Shown here piece by piece: positions 34,297-45,826 of a stretch of DNA of 55,136 nt. Position numbers and translations under genes: made by a program. The notes beneath the pieces were generated by a model that saw only the letters and a program-made list of their open reading frames with translations, had not been told where the DNA came from and made no database searches. The stretch spans positions 20,504 to 75,639 of the forward strand of contig NW_014040545.1 of NCBI RefSeq assembly GCF_001186125.1, written 5' to 3'. This DNA comes from Sphaeroforma arctica JP610 (lineage: Eukaryota). Positions within the stretch are counted from its first letter, which is position 1, and every line of letters starts with the position of its first letter.

Positions 34297-35464
34297 AGTG
34301 TACTAAGCGGAGTCGAATCTGACTAAATAACAAACAAACACCACTATTGGGCTGTTGGTATGTTAAACTATGCAAGACTGAGCTTTGCTTCTCGTCGGCC
34401 GATAGTATTTGCACGCAGTAAAAATAAAATAAATAACAAACTTCATGAAGAGAAGACGAGCAGTATTATGAATTCTGAAGAAAAAAAGCGATCTACCTCG
34501 TGTGGAGAAGTCCAGACTCCAACAGTAGGCTCCAGGGCCCAGGGCCCCAGGCTCCAGCCTCCAGACTCTGATCAGAGTCCAGAGTTTCAGTCACCAGTGA
34601 GGCAGCAGGCTGTCCAGCAGTGACACTGACCGGAGTGACCATACAGAATCGAGTCCTGATCACAAATCATCACCCCCACGGTTCCAGACTCAAAAGTCCC
34701 AGTCCCAGTGTCCCCACTGACCCACTGTTTTGAATGTTGGGTTTTTGTTTTGGCACGGAGTTCGGATTTCGGACTTCAGGTCTTCAGAGTACGGTGCATA
34801 TCGAATATTTTCAGAGACTGGACAAGTGGACATTGGACTGTCTAATTTTCAGAAGGCTGTGTTGATATCGGTGATCGACTCATCGGAGAGCAATTAAAAA
34901 TGTCCGACCCGAGAGCGACCGGTCCCTGAATCTGCTGAAAAGTTTCGACTCTGGATGTATTTAGTCTCTCGTCTGTCTCGAACTCTCCGTCTCGCGTCTA
35001 CTCTCTCTCTCAGAGACAGAACGAGAGATAGAGATCGAGAGAGAGATAGTAGAGACACTCTCCTAATAGAGAGAGAGAGAGAGAGGGTGGGGGGGGCCGG
35101 AGGCACTGGGTCTAGGAGTCTGGGACTCTCTCTAGTCTCTTCTAGTAGAGTGTAAATATGGACTCGAGAGGGACATAAAAAATCTGCATAAGAAGTCTGC
35201 ATTATTATCAGGGCAATACTGGCATGCATATTAATGATATTATATTTTATATATTTTGTAACAGACTGTTTTCGCAGGCAGCAATGAAGCATCGGATCAT
35301 TTGTATATATATGTGGCATATTGCTCATCACGCTCTGAGAATTATTATTTTGCCTAAACTACTATTGTACGTAGGACAACAACATACTGCTATAATTGAA
35401 TACTTCCCTGGGGGCCCAGACGAGACCCAGGTTAAGTAGTTCCGCAACTTACAGACATACCAAG

Positions 35465-36050
<586 letters not shown>

Positions 36051-36566
36051 GAGGTTGTGGTTGTGGGTGATAGTTTGTAATATATAGTGTATAGACATAA
36101 AGTGGTTTGATCACACAGTTTGAAAACAGCACACACGAGACGATTTTGTTGCAAATACACTTGCAATTCCTGCTACAACTTACGCACGCACATGCAATCC
36201 CAGCTACATTTGAAACGGCAGCTTATATGTTGCAAACGGGCTCTTTCTGGTATTTACTTATCCACCTAATAATTGTATCAATATATTTTTACTTTTACGC
36301 GGCGTTGAGTTGGTGCTAATATTCCGCAGAATTTTTGCTCGTATAACAAACCTAATTTTGACACATGATAGCACAATGCACATATTTTGCGGATTGCGGC
36401 CCAACTTGCGCTTTGCTTTAACCAACGTAAATTCTGATTCGACCTGGGCCTATACGGTTTTCGGTTTTCGCAGGTATTGAATAGTTAGTAGTTATATAAA
36501 TGAGGGTCCGCCATGTGTGTACACCTCAATATCTCGGAATGATGACAAATAGGTCCGAGAAAGTGT

Positions 36567-37870
36567 TTATTTTTTCTTCTTCTTCGGTCTTGGGGACCTG
36601 GGCGAATTCCCCCGTGAACGTTTGTTGACTGTTTCCGAATTAGTTGATTTGCCGTGTTCGGACCTCCGTTTACTGGCATCGTTGGTGTACTTCCTCCTCT
36701 CGGACGGGCCCAGCAAGGCCCATTCATGAAGTGCTAGCTGTGGTTACAAATCGAAGATAGCGTAAACATTACATAAGACTAGGCCAAGGTAATTTTGCGT
36801 TCGCAAACAATCATACACCGGCCGAATAAGCCAGACAACGCTCACGACAAATAAAAGATATGATTGTCTGCTCATTACTATAAATTTGTCCATATTTGTC
36901 TGCTCATTACTATAAATTTGTCCATATTTGTCTGCGCATATCTCTCTGCCTGAAATTAAACACTACACCTATCATATTAAAGTGTGACGCCTTCGCAATC
37001 ATTTGTAGCTAATAAGAACAATTTTGATCCCGTTCATCATGTTCAGCTTGTCAACAGACTATAGAGTGATATATGCTTTTCCTTCTATAAGGACTAACAT
37101 TGCATATATACACATCCACTTTGCAAAGCACATACCAATTGTATCTCTTCGTGGCTCTGTCCGGGGTTTGCGGCCATCAGAGCGCTTTTGAAAATTTGGT
37201 ACTCGTTCTGAGGTTTGATGCTATAACTCCTCTCTTGTTGATTATTCCCTGTCCGCGACGCACTACGCGAATTATTCCTGCTACTCGTCTGCTGTGTTCC
37301 TGTGAGTGTATTCTTATCTTTCCCTGTGTCGCCATTAACCATAGCACTTCCCCCGGCACTCCCACGGTTGCCACCATCTGATTCATCGCTAGATTTTGCC
37401 CCAGACACAGTTAAGGTGATAATCGGACCCGCCCCCAGTGGTGCTTCTTCGCTGCTGGCGTTCTGACGTGCTCTAGCATTGTCGTTACTCCTTTTAACTA
37501 TCTCTTCCTCAGCCCGCTTTTGTACTATTGCCCGTACGGGCGAGCTGACGGCGTCCCCGGGTTCTAAGTTATGTTTGAGTGCATTATACGCGCTTACTAA
37601 TTCGCTCTTGGCCGATAGAAAACCTAGTATTTCGTTGTTTTTGTTAGTGCGCTCTTCGATTTTAGACGGATCTAGCTGCGTACAGCTGGGGCAGTAAATC
37701 GTTTTATCCTGCGCTTCTTCTTCATCCATCAAGAAATACTTGGACTTCTTGACCCCTAGGCACTTAGCGTGCATCCAGATGGGGCAGATTTCACAACCCA
37801 ACATCAAAGGTGTCGCCTGTCTATATGTACGCGTACATATGGGGCAGAAATAAGTTTGTGATTCAGACAT
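36567..37870 (-). CDS. Two-exon PHD-finger + HMG-box-like chromatin protein (~301 aa)
   Basis: Exon 1 (37870-37136) has a C4HC3 PHD (CPIC...CEIC...HAKC...CPSC) and ends KPQNEYQIFKSALMAANPGQSHEEIQL|GTATGT. Exon 2 (36737-36567) follows a CAG acceptor in phase 0 and reads LALHEWALLGPSERRKYTNDA...RPKKKKK*. Confidence 0.8.
36864..36935. repeat. Perfect 32-bp tandem duplication in the intron of the PHD-HMG gene
   Basis: TTGTCTGCTCATTACTATAAATTTGTCCATAT twice plus a partial third copy. Confidence 0.95.
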
Positions 37871-39183
37871 TGTGCCTGAGTGAGTCGTCAGAAACAAAAT
37901 CGAAGAAGAAGAATAATATGTTGAAAAGCAAACTACATACTACGACAATATTCCCTCTGTGGTGTGTTTTGCACGCGATTCGAATGTTTTTAAGAGTTAT
38001 TCCATTTTTTATGACTTATAAAACTACAAAATGGAACAAGGAAGTCAGAAAATTAGGGTTTTGTCGCATTTATTTATTTATTTAAAAATTATTTAAGTCG
38101 TCGAGCTGAGTTGTTGCTCACCCCTTTTATGATTTGAAATTTTTTTTTAAACATATCTCGTATCTTTGAAAATACGGCGCGTGTCCTACGACAATACACA
38201 CGCAGAGATTGAATGCTCAACCCTCTTGTACATACCATTATAACCACTATAATTTAATCCATAAAGGTATCTTATGGCGTCTTATGGCGTAGCAAAAGCA
38301 GCACAGCAGCGTAAACGACGGGTGAAAGGAATGCGGGCCGCTTTATTTGCAGGAGGGCAATAAATGCTCTCAGAGGATCCCCAGCAAGCCTCTACCGCAG
38401 TACCAAGCACCAATGCACAGCTGACAAAAACCGTAGATAATAGACCACGCCACGAATTGCAGGATAATTGTGGCACAAAGATAGCCGCTTGTACCGCTGA
38501 CCATAGAAAAGTATGTGAACGTGGTATTGGCAGCAAGCGATTGTGTACCAATTGAGTTATCATCGCAGTATTTTACTTGTTATGTAATAATTATTGTTCG
38601 GTAATATCGTTGTGTATTTTTTTAGACGTCGTGTCTCTGCAATTTGTTGAAGCTACTTGTTCTGTTACCGAAACACAGACAAGGTGCCAATACACGTACT
38701 ATTCCTCAAGGTAGAGAGATACAAGGCACTTATATACTATGGACAGCAAAACAAGGTAGACGCAATCATTAAAGCAGATAAACTACCTGATGGAAGTAAC
38801 GGTCACTTATCAGATATAAAGCAAAATGCGTTCTACTCACTTACAGAGGCATCGCAATTCACGTCCGTACGCGGTTGTCGATCACTACTATTCGCCGCAT
38901 TAACATTATCGTACCAAAATTCTGGTTCGTCGTCTACATCTATATTAGGTCTTCAAGAGCGGCGGCCAAGGTACAGGCAGACCGAAGGTACAGAGAGTGT
39001 AAGATATACAACTTTTATACGGCCACTCACGGCCAAACACTGAACACCACTACCTCTAATCCCAAGCGTAACAAATTAAACAATGGTAACCGTAGGAGCT
39101 CGGCCCGTATCGGTTTTTCCTTGGATTCAGATGGGGCGGAGCCATCTTTGTTGGCTAATTAGTAACGCTGCAAATATCAGATA

Positions 39184-39335
39184 TGTAAACTGGAAAAGGT
39201 ATCAATTAATAAAACCATTAAAACCCATTTAGGAAACTTAAGTTCCTCGTACTATTAAGAGTACGTTTATAGTTTACGTACTGCTTACGAGTACGTTTAT
39301 AACATATAGTCTAATGTGGAGGCCCGGCTATTACA
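39184..39335 (-). repeat. 3' LTR of element 1
   Basis: 146/152 identical to 45675-45826. Preceded on the minus strand by a G-rich PPT-like tract (GCTGGGCGGGGCCTG). Confidence 0.9.
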
Positions 39336-39396
39336 CAGGCCCCGCCCAGCTTTGAGACTCACGAGAAGCAAGTTGCTTACTCAAGCTGATTATGGG

Positions 39397-39880
39397 TCAA
39401 AAAGCGAGAAAGGGTATATGTAACTCACTATATCTGCCACGAAAATAGTGAGCGGGTGTAGTTCTTATAACCGGATCAGCACACTCGTTCATCTGTGTTT
39501 GTACCCACTTAAGGTGGTACGGCCAATCATCTGCATCATTCGTTAATGCAGTACGCAAGAAGAACTTAAGTCTTCTACGGCGCGTTTCATTCGCGCCCTG
39601 CGTTTGCGGTTTATATGGCACACCTCTCTTATGGCATATGCTTGATACGAGTACTAGCGATTCCATTACGTCATCGCAGAACTCACTACAGTTATCAGTA
39701 CACATAATACCTGGCCACCCGTGGTCAGCAAAGACTTGGCAACATAATTCTTCCACGGTCTGCGTATTCTTATATGGTTTTGCGTCAGCCAATCAAGAAT
39801 GTTTTTTATCATTCTGCTCCTCCAGAATAAAGGGTGTTGAGAATCCACTTGCGTGGTCTCTAAGTTTGTACAAATGCTGT
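39397..39880 (-). pseudogene. DDE (rve) integrase core of element 1, truncated
   Basis: RDHASGFS...HGWPGIMCTDNCSEF...PYKPQTQGANE...WPYHLKWVQTQMN...TTPAHYFRGR; internal stop; no H2C2 finger found. Confidence 0.85.
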
Positions 39881-39989
39881 GTTGCATTTGAACTGATTAA
39901 CGTTCAAATTGGTAGAGAGTGAGATCTCTGATTCTTTGACCTTGTTAAGAAAGGTCTCAGAAGGGATCCATTTGGTTGTTCCAATGGGG

Positions 39990-40390
39990 TCTATACGACA
40001 TATTATAGTATGCCTCCAGGGCGTCTTCGGGACGGCTCGGGTACCATGATATAGGAAAGTATCTACTTCCCTATATAAATATATTGGCTCGCATTGTAGC
40101 ATGCTTATTAATTTATTGAGCCACATATATTTACTCCGTAATGGGCAGCACAACGAGATGGTAGCTTTGTGTATATGAACATAATTTAATAGATGGGCAA
40201 TTAACTGCCATAGTGGATTAGCCCACGCATTATTTTTGGAGATGTCTATTTGAAAGGCGTCTCCCAAAGAATGATTTAAAGCTTTGTAATTCGATAGTTG
40301 TGCATTATGATGTGCAGCAAACATATCTATGGTATGTGGCCCAAATATATTTTGAGCCAGTTCAAACCACCTGGGATTACCTTTCCAATC
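39990..40390 (-). CDS. Dam-like DNA amino-(N6-adenine) methyltransferase domain in frame with the RNase H C-terminus of element 1
   Basis: DWKGNPRWF...FGPHTIDMFAAHHNAQL...DAF...WANPLWQLI...L.CP...W matches the pattern of DIRS-type MT domains (SAM-binding DxFA; catalytic NPPW/F-like motif). Confidence 0.82.
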
Positions 40391-41906
40391 AGTGGTTAGC
40401 AACTCATGTACAGATTTATTTAAGTCCGGTACAAAGCGTGAAAACACAACCGGTAAATGGTTATGTATTCCTGGCAGATGCTTTATATCAAAATGAAACT
40501 TTGATATTGTATCATGCCAGCGACTCAATAATTGTGAGTCGGGTTTAATCTCTTTCATGTATTGAAGAGATTTCTAATCACACATCAGCGGAAATGCTGT
40601 TCCGTATAAGTAATCTCGGAAGTGTGTTAGAGCTGCCACTATGGCTAATAGCTCTTGTTTAACGGTTGGATAATTCAACTGTGAAGCATTCATTGCTCGA
40701 CTAAAGAATTGTATATATCTAGGTTTGTTATCTATAACCTGATAAAATACTCCTCCTAAGGCTAAGTCGGAGGCGTCTGGCACGCCATCGACTGGTCCTT
40801 GTACAACAGGGGCTTGTTGGAATGCGTGCTCGAGCGCTTTAAATGCGTCATCACACTCTTTAGTCCACAAGTCTCTTAGTTTGCCTTTATGACATCTTAA
40901 GTGTCCAAAAGGTTCAAGGTAATCAGCCAAGTGTTGTACTTCATCTGAAAAGAAAGTTTACAAACCCACACATGCTGTTCACATCTCTTCCTGTAGTTGG
41001 TGTTCGCCAATCTAATAGGGTTTCCACCTTACCGGGGTCGATTTTAATACCTTCCCCATGTATACAGTAGCCTAAGAGCTGTATTTCGCTCATAGCGAAG
41101 TGACATTTCTTCTCGTTAATCTTGAATTTTTGTTCGTTGAATCTTAAGGACTCGTCTGACTAATGTGGCATGTTCGCCCTTAGTCATAGAAAAGATGACT
41201 ATGTCATCCATATAGACTTGCATGTTAGGCATGTCTGCAAACATTTCCTCCATTACTTGTTGGAAGAATTGCTGGTAACCCGAAAGGTGCACCTCTGAAC
41301 CTGTATTGTCTACCTTTCCACGTAAATCTAAAGTATTTACTATATGGTTCATATATCTGCATTTGATGGTATCCTTGTGTAAGGTCTATAGTTGTAAATA
41401 CTGCAGCACCTTCCATCCTTCGCAGTAGCTCTTTAATACAAGGTAGGTGAAAGCTATGAGTTGACATTAATTTATTTATTGGACTCATATCTAAACATAC
41501 TCTGACTTTCTTAAACGATCCGTCAGAGTTATGTTGGTCTACGGCTAGCAGTGCCAAGTTAACTGGCGTCTGTTGATAGTTAACTTCTATCACTCCATCT
41601 GCTAACCATTTCTCAACTTGTTCTTTTACCACAGCCTCGTGTCTCCAGGATACATAGTTCCTTGAGGGACACTTTAACTGTGTAAAGTCCACCTTGGTTA
41701 AGTCAAGGCTGACATACCCGTCGTTAAAACGGAATTTTGCCTAATCTATGACCTTTATCTTCTTATTATCTAGAATCAGATCCATGATTTTTCTCGCAAA
41801 GCCAGGTATTAATGCCTTGACTGTGTCTGACGGGGGCTTATATGGATTCAGACAGTTATCGTCTGGCTGATCCTTTAATGGATCTATGTTATTTGATAAA
41901 CCAGTT

Positions 41907-42444
41907 NNNNNNNNNNNNNNNNNNNNNNNNNNNNNNNNNNNNNNNNNNNNNNNNNNNNNNNNNNNNNNNNNNNNNNNNNNNNNNNNNNNNNNNNNNNNNN
42001 NNNNNNNNNNNNNNNNNNNNNNNNNNNNNNNNNNNNNNNNNNNNNNNNNNNNNNNNNNNNNNNNNNNNNNNNNNNNNNNNNNNNNNNNNNNNNNNNNNNN
42101 NNNNNNNNNNNNNNNNNNNNNNNNNNNNNNNNNNNNNNNNNNNNNNNNNNNNNNNNNNNNNNNNNNNNNNNNNNNNNNNNNNNNNNNNNNNNNNNNNNNN
42201 NNNNNNNNNNNNNNNNNNNNNNNNNNNNNNNNNNNNNNNNNNNNNNNNNNNNNNNNNNNNNNNNNNNNNNNNNNNNNNNNNNNNNNNNNNNNNNNNNNNN
42301 NNNNNNNNNNNNNNNNNNNNNNNNNNNNNNNNNNNNNNNNNNNNNNNNNNNNNNNNNNNNNNNNNNNNNNNNNNNNNNNNNNNNNNNNNNNNNNNNNNNN
42401 NNNNNNNNNNNNNNNNNNNNNNNNNNNNNNNNNNNNNNNNNNNN
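41907..42444. other. Assembly gap inside element 1 (protease to RT region)
   Basis: Run of N. Confidence 1.
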
Positions 42445-42722
42445 TGGGTAGTGATATTCCTATCATTGGCCAGGGAGATTTTAACATCTGTGGCCATGGT
42501 ATCACACTTAGAAGTTTTGTCATCAGCTAAAATAAGGTGAGTTGTTTATGTTCTCCTTTCGATATCTTTCATTAATGCAAAGCGATCGGATATACATGAA
42601 ATTTCAGAACCAGGATCAATCAACGCAAGGATTTTATTTCCATTGTAATATACAGGTATTATTACACGCTCATTCAAAAAGTCGTTGTACTGTCTGTGTA
42701 ACGATTGTACCTGGTAGTACCT

Positions 42723-44934
42723 TCACTCCAACTTAATGTTGGGCTTTTTGTCACAAGACATAGTGTGATAGCCATTGGTCTTCTCACACTTGTCACACTT
42801 AGTAAGAAAGTGTGTGCAGGTGGGTGCATGCCTGCCATTCCAATAACCGTTAGGGGTCAATTGGTATATGTCATACCCACACTGTGCGTCGGCACATTTC
42901 TTAATCTCTTTAAATGGAGGTTCCTTGTCCTTCGCCTCCGCGCGTGCCCGTTTATTGGGTCGCGTGGATAGTGTGGAGTCGCGAGCACGTGTATGTTGGG
43001 GTCTCTCGTTTGAGGTCTGCCTGGATACGTATCCACGATCGGTTTGCTCCCGCGGTTTCTTAACAGTCGCTTTTCACTTCGATGTTACTCGGTGTGTGGG
43101 GAAAAGAGTGGATACAGTATCATAAAACTATTCTCATGTAAGTCGGGATAGATGAAACTTTGTTTCATGTCCCTTGTCTCGAGCCTCAGTCGCGTGTTTA
43201 CGTCGCAACTCGGTGTACAGACTCTCACGGTCGTTATTCCCTATGTTCTTACAGAACATGTGCATAATCAGGAACTCGTTCCATCGCTGCGCCTTGTCCT
43301 TTGTTATATCTGGACGTTTCAGGTCAGCATCTAGCTTCAGAATATAACTCTGAATGGGCGTGTTCTCAACTGGTTCAGTTAAAATTGAACTCAGTCCTGG
43401 GCTACGCATGTCATTACTTAACAAGGATGTAACCGACCAACACACAGCTGGCCAGTCACGACAAGTGTCTAGCTCATGCTGGTGTCGCTGCAGGATTAAG
43501 TAACTTGTTCCTGTAGGGTCAAACGTCTGCATTAAAGCGGAAATCCATTGCTGGGGAACGATATCATTTGTCTCCAGCATGACCGTAAACGCATTGCGCG
43601 TACGGCTTAGCGTGTCGAGGTCATGGTTGTTTATAAACTCGACCTGCTTACTGTTGGCATCCCAGTTTGACTTAAGTCGACTGATCTGTCGCTTGTACTT
43701 CTGGTTATCCCTGTGGTCTTGTCCACGTTGGGCCTGAAGTAGCTGATCGATGCGCTTTTGCTTAATCGCGATCACATTAGCAAAATATGATACATCATCA
43801 GCACGGTACGCATCATGGGCGATTTCCATTTTAATGGTGTAATCGTCGACCGATTTGTTAAGTTTGGTCACCTCGTCAGAGTGGAAATCCTCTGCGGGCT
43901 GATGTAATGCTGTGCGATCGAAACGATTAAATTCGACTTTGTTAACACGTTTACGGGGGTGTTTATTACCCCTTGTAAAATCCATGGTCGAGGCTTTTCG
44001 GTGCTCTGTCCCTCGGATAGTAGTTGGTAATATAATCTTGGGAGATTCCTACGTCTGGATAACATACCCAGTCTTAACTGGTTTCCGACGATTGGCATCC
44101 CAGTTGGGTAAAGGTGGCGGAGTATTTTTACCTGCCTCTGGGTCTATAGGCCGGGTGTCAGAACAGGCGAGTAATAAGCCTGAAGTTCTGGTGGTAGTAC
44201 CTCGTAAGGTATAGATATGCTAAGCACATCTGGCTCCTCTGCCACAGGTGTAGCGCTCGAGCCTTTACGCTCTTCGGGCGTAATTGCCTGTCAACGTTCT
44301 GTCCACTTCTGTAGGGCTTTAGTAATGCCCGGAGAAACATGCTCGCGTAAAAGCTGTGTATGTTTTCCTGATCTATACAATCGATCTACATGTTCAACAG
44401 TCAAATCTTTCATAAGGGTGGCTAACTGATTCTTAAAATCAGTGCTTTCAGTAATTAACTTACTTCTGCGCGTTGGTTTAGTGGTCTCGGATGTAGATTC
44501 GGGTTTGCCACTTGAGCTTGCCTCCTCTTCTGGTTCCATCATAGGTTCCTCCTGAGATTTGTCTTCGTCCCCTATAATTGGGGACTCCCTTATAATTGGG
44601 GACTTTTCCTTCTGAGTTTCGTCAGAAGAATTGGTGTCTCACTCCTTGGCTTCGTAGATGCAAGCTTTGAAATTGAGGCAATAGTTGGCCCTCGGGCTCT
44701 GTCTGTGGGAGTAGTCTCCTTGATCGGAGTGGCTACATCCTTATCTGAAGCATAGTCCTGTTGACTACTATTGTCGGAGACAAGTGCTTCGGCTACGGTG
44801 CGGTTAAACGCATCGGCAGCGGCGGCGGTTGCTTCTGCGGCGGCAGTAGCTGCGGCGGCGCCAGCGGCTTCTCTCTCTATCTTCTTCTTTTCAGCTCTAC
44901 GCTTCTTAGAAGGAGTATTGTCTTTCTTGGTCAT
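42723..44934 (-). pseudogene. gag of element 1, fragmented
   Basis: Successive minus-strand ORFs 44934-44590, 44542-44291 and 43985-43134, then KKCADAQC...HAPTC and CDKCEKTNGYHTMSC knuckles, ending at TGA 42723-42725. Confidence 0.75.
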
Positions 44935-45674
44935 AATCTTAACTTATGACTGCTAGCTGATCTTTTAAGGACTAGCTTGGACAAGAAAAATTATGTGGTA
45001 GTTTATCTCCTTTTACGCTTAAGTAATCTAAGTAATTAATACCCTTGCTAACTTTAAAATGTGTAAGATTCGGTCTATCAAGGCGATATTAATGCCTTAG
45101 AGTAATTAAACGCGTAGGTAAAATCTAAGTATCGTGAAAATTCAAAGTAAATAAACGAAACGAGACTTTTAGTAAAGTTAGGTAGGCCTCGTGAAAACAG
45201 CAATACTCTGAGGGATTGTGAGGCTGAGACATTGCCTATATATAATCCTCTCAGTACTGTTTTCGCCGAAGGGATTTTATTTAGTGTTTCGTTGTCGCTC
45301 TATTAGAAACTATGGTACGTTTCGTTGGGGCGAATCAGAGAGACTCATAAAATCCTATCTTTAGAAAAATAAAATAAAAAAATAAAATACTCTTGATGTC
45401 CTTAGTTGTTGTATTAACCAATAACTTGTCACTTATCAAGAATTACCGACTTAGCCTTTATCAGACTGGCACATCTGGTTGGCTGATCGGAGGATCAACT
45501 AGGTAACGTTAATAGTCCCTAGAGACCTATATTCGGTTGAACCGTCTCGCTACCGAAGTATTCAGATATAAATAAATTTGGAAAGTAAACATAGTTCTAT
45601 TAATAGAACTAGACCAAATCTTATGTTTGGTATTTTACTAGGGCCTTTTAATGGCCTTGTCCAAATATCTTATA

Positions 45675-45826
45675 TGTAAAATGGAAAAGGTATTAATTAG
45701 TAAAACCGTTAAAAACCATTTAGGAAACTTAAGTTCCTCGTACTATTAAGAGTACGTTTATAGTTTACGTACTGCTTACGAGTACGTTTATAACATAGAG
45801 TCTAATGTGGAGGCCCGGCTATTACA
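45675..45826 (-). repeat. 5' LTR of element 1
   Basis: Direct repeat of 39184-39335 with TG...CA termini. Confidence 0.9.

Larger units (their letters stand above)
39184..45826 (-). mobile_element. Ty3/Gypsy LTR retrotransposon, element 1 (gag-PR-RT-RH-adenine MTase-INT), decayed
   Basis: 152-bp TG...CA LTRs. gag from ATG 44934, Cys/His knuckles ~42750-42900, protease ALIDPGSEISCIS (~42600-42630), RT VRVCLD/IDLTQGYHQ/APFGL/YMDD (41690-41150), RNase H DAS...ELLAIV (40780-40430), MTase (~40390-39990), integrase core TDNCSEF...PYKPQTQGANE (39880-39397). Several stops and frameshifts. Confidence 0.93.

Noticed and set aside
38282..39162. Short ORFs between the PHD gene and the LTR
   Set aside because: No recognisable motif or consistent splice model.
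41741..42540. Long ORFs made mostly of X
   Set aside because: Artefacts of the N gap; only the flanks are real pol sequence.
39184..45826. Classifying element 1 as a DIRS element because of its MT domain
   Set aside because: It has an aspartic protease, a DDE integrase core and direct TG...CA LTRs, and no tyrosine recombinase or inverted terminal repeats were seen.
45675..45826. Tf1-like self-priming for element 1
   Set aside because: No complement of the post-LTR sequence TATAAGATATTTGG was found within the LTR.
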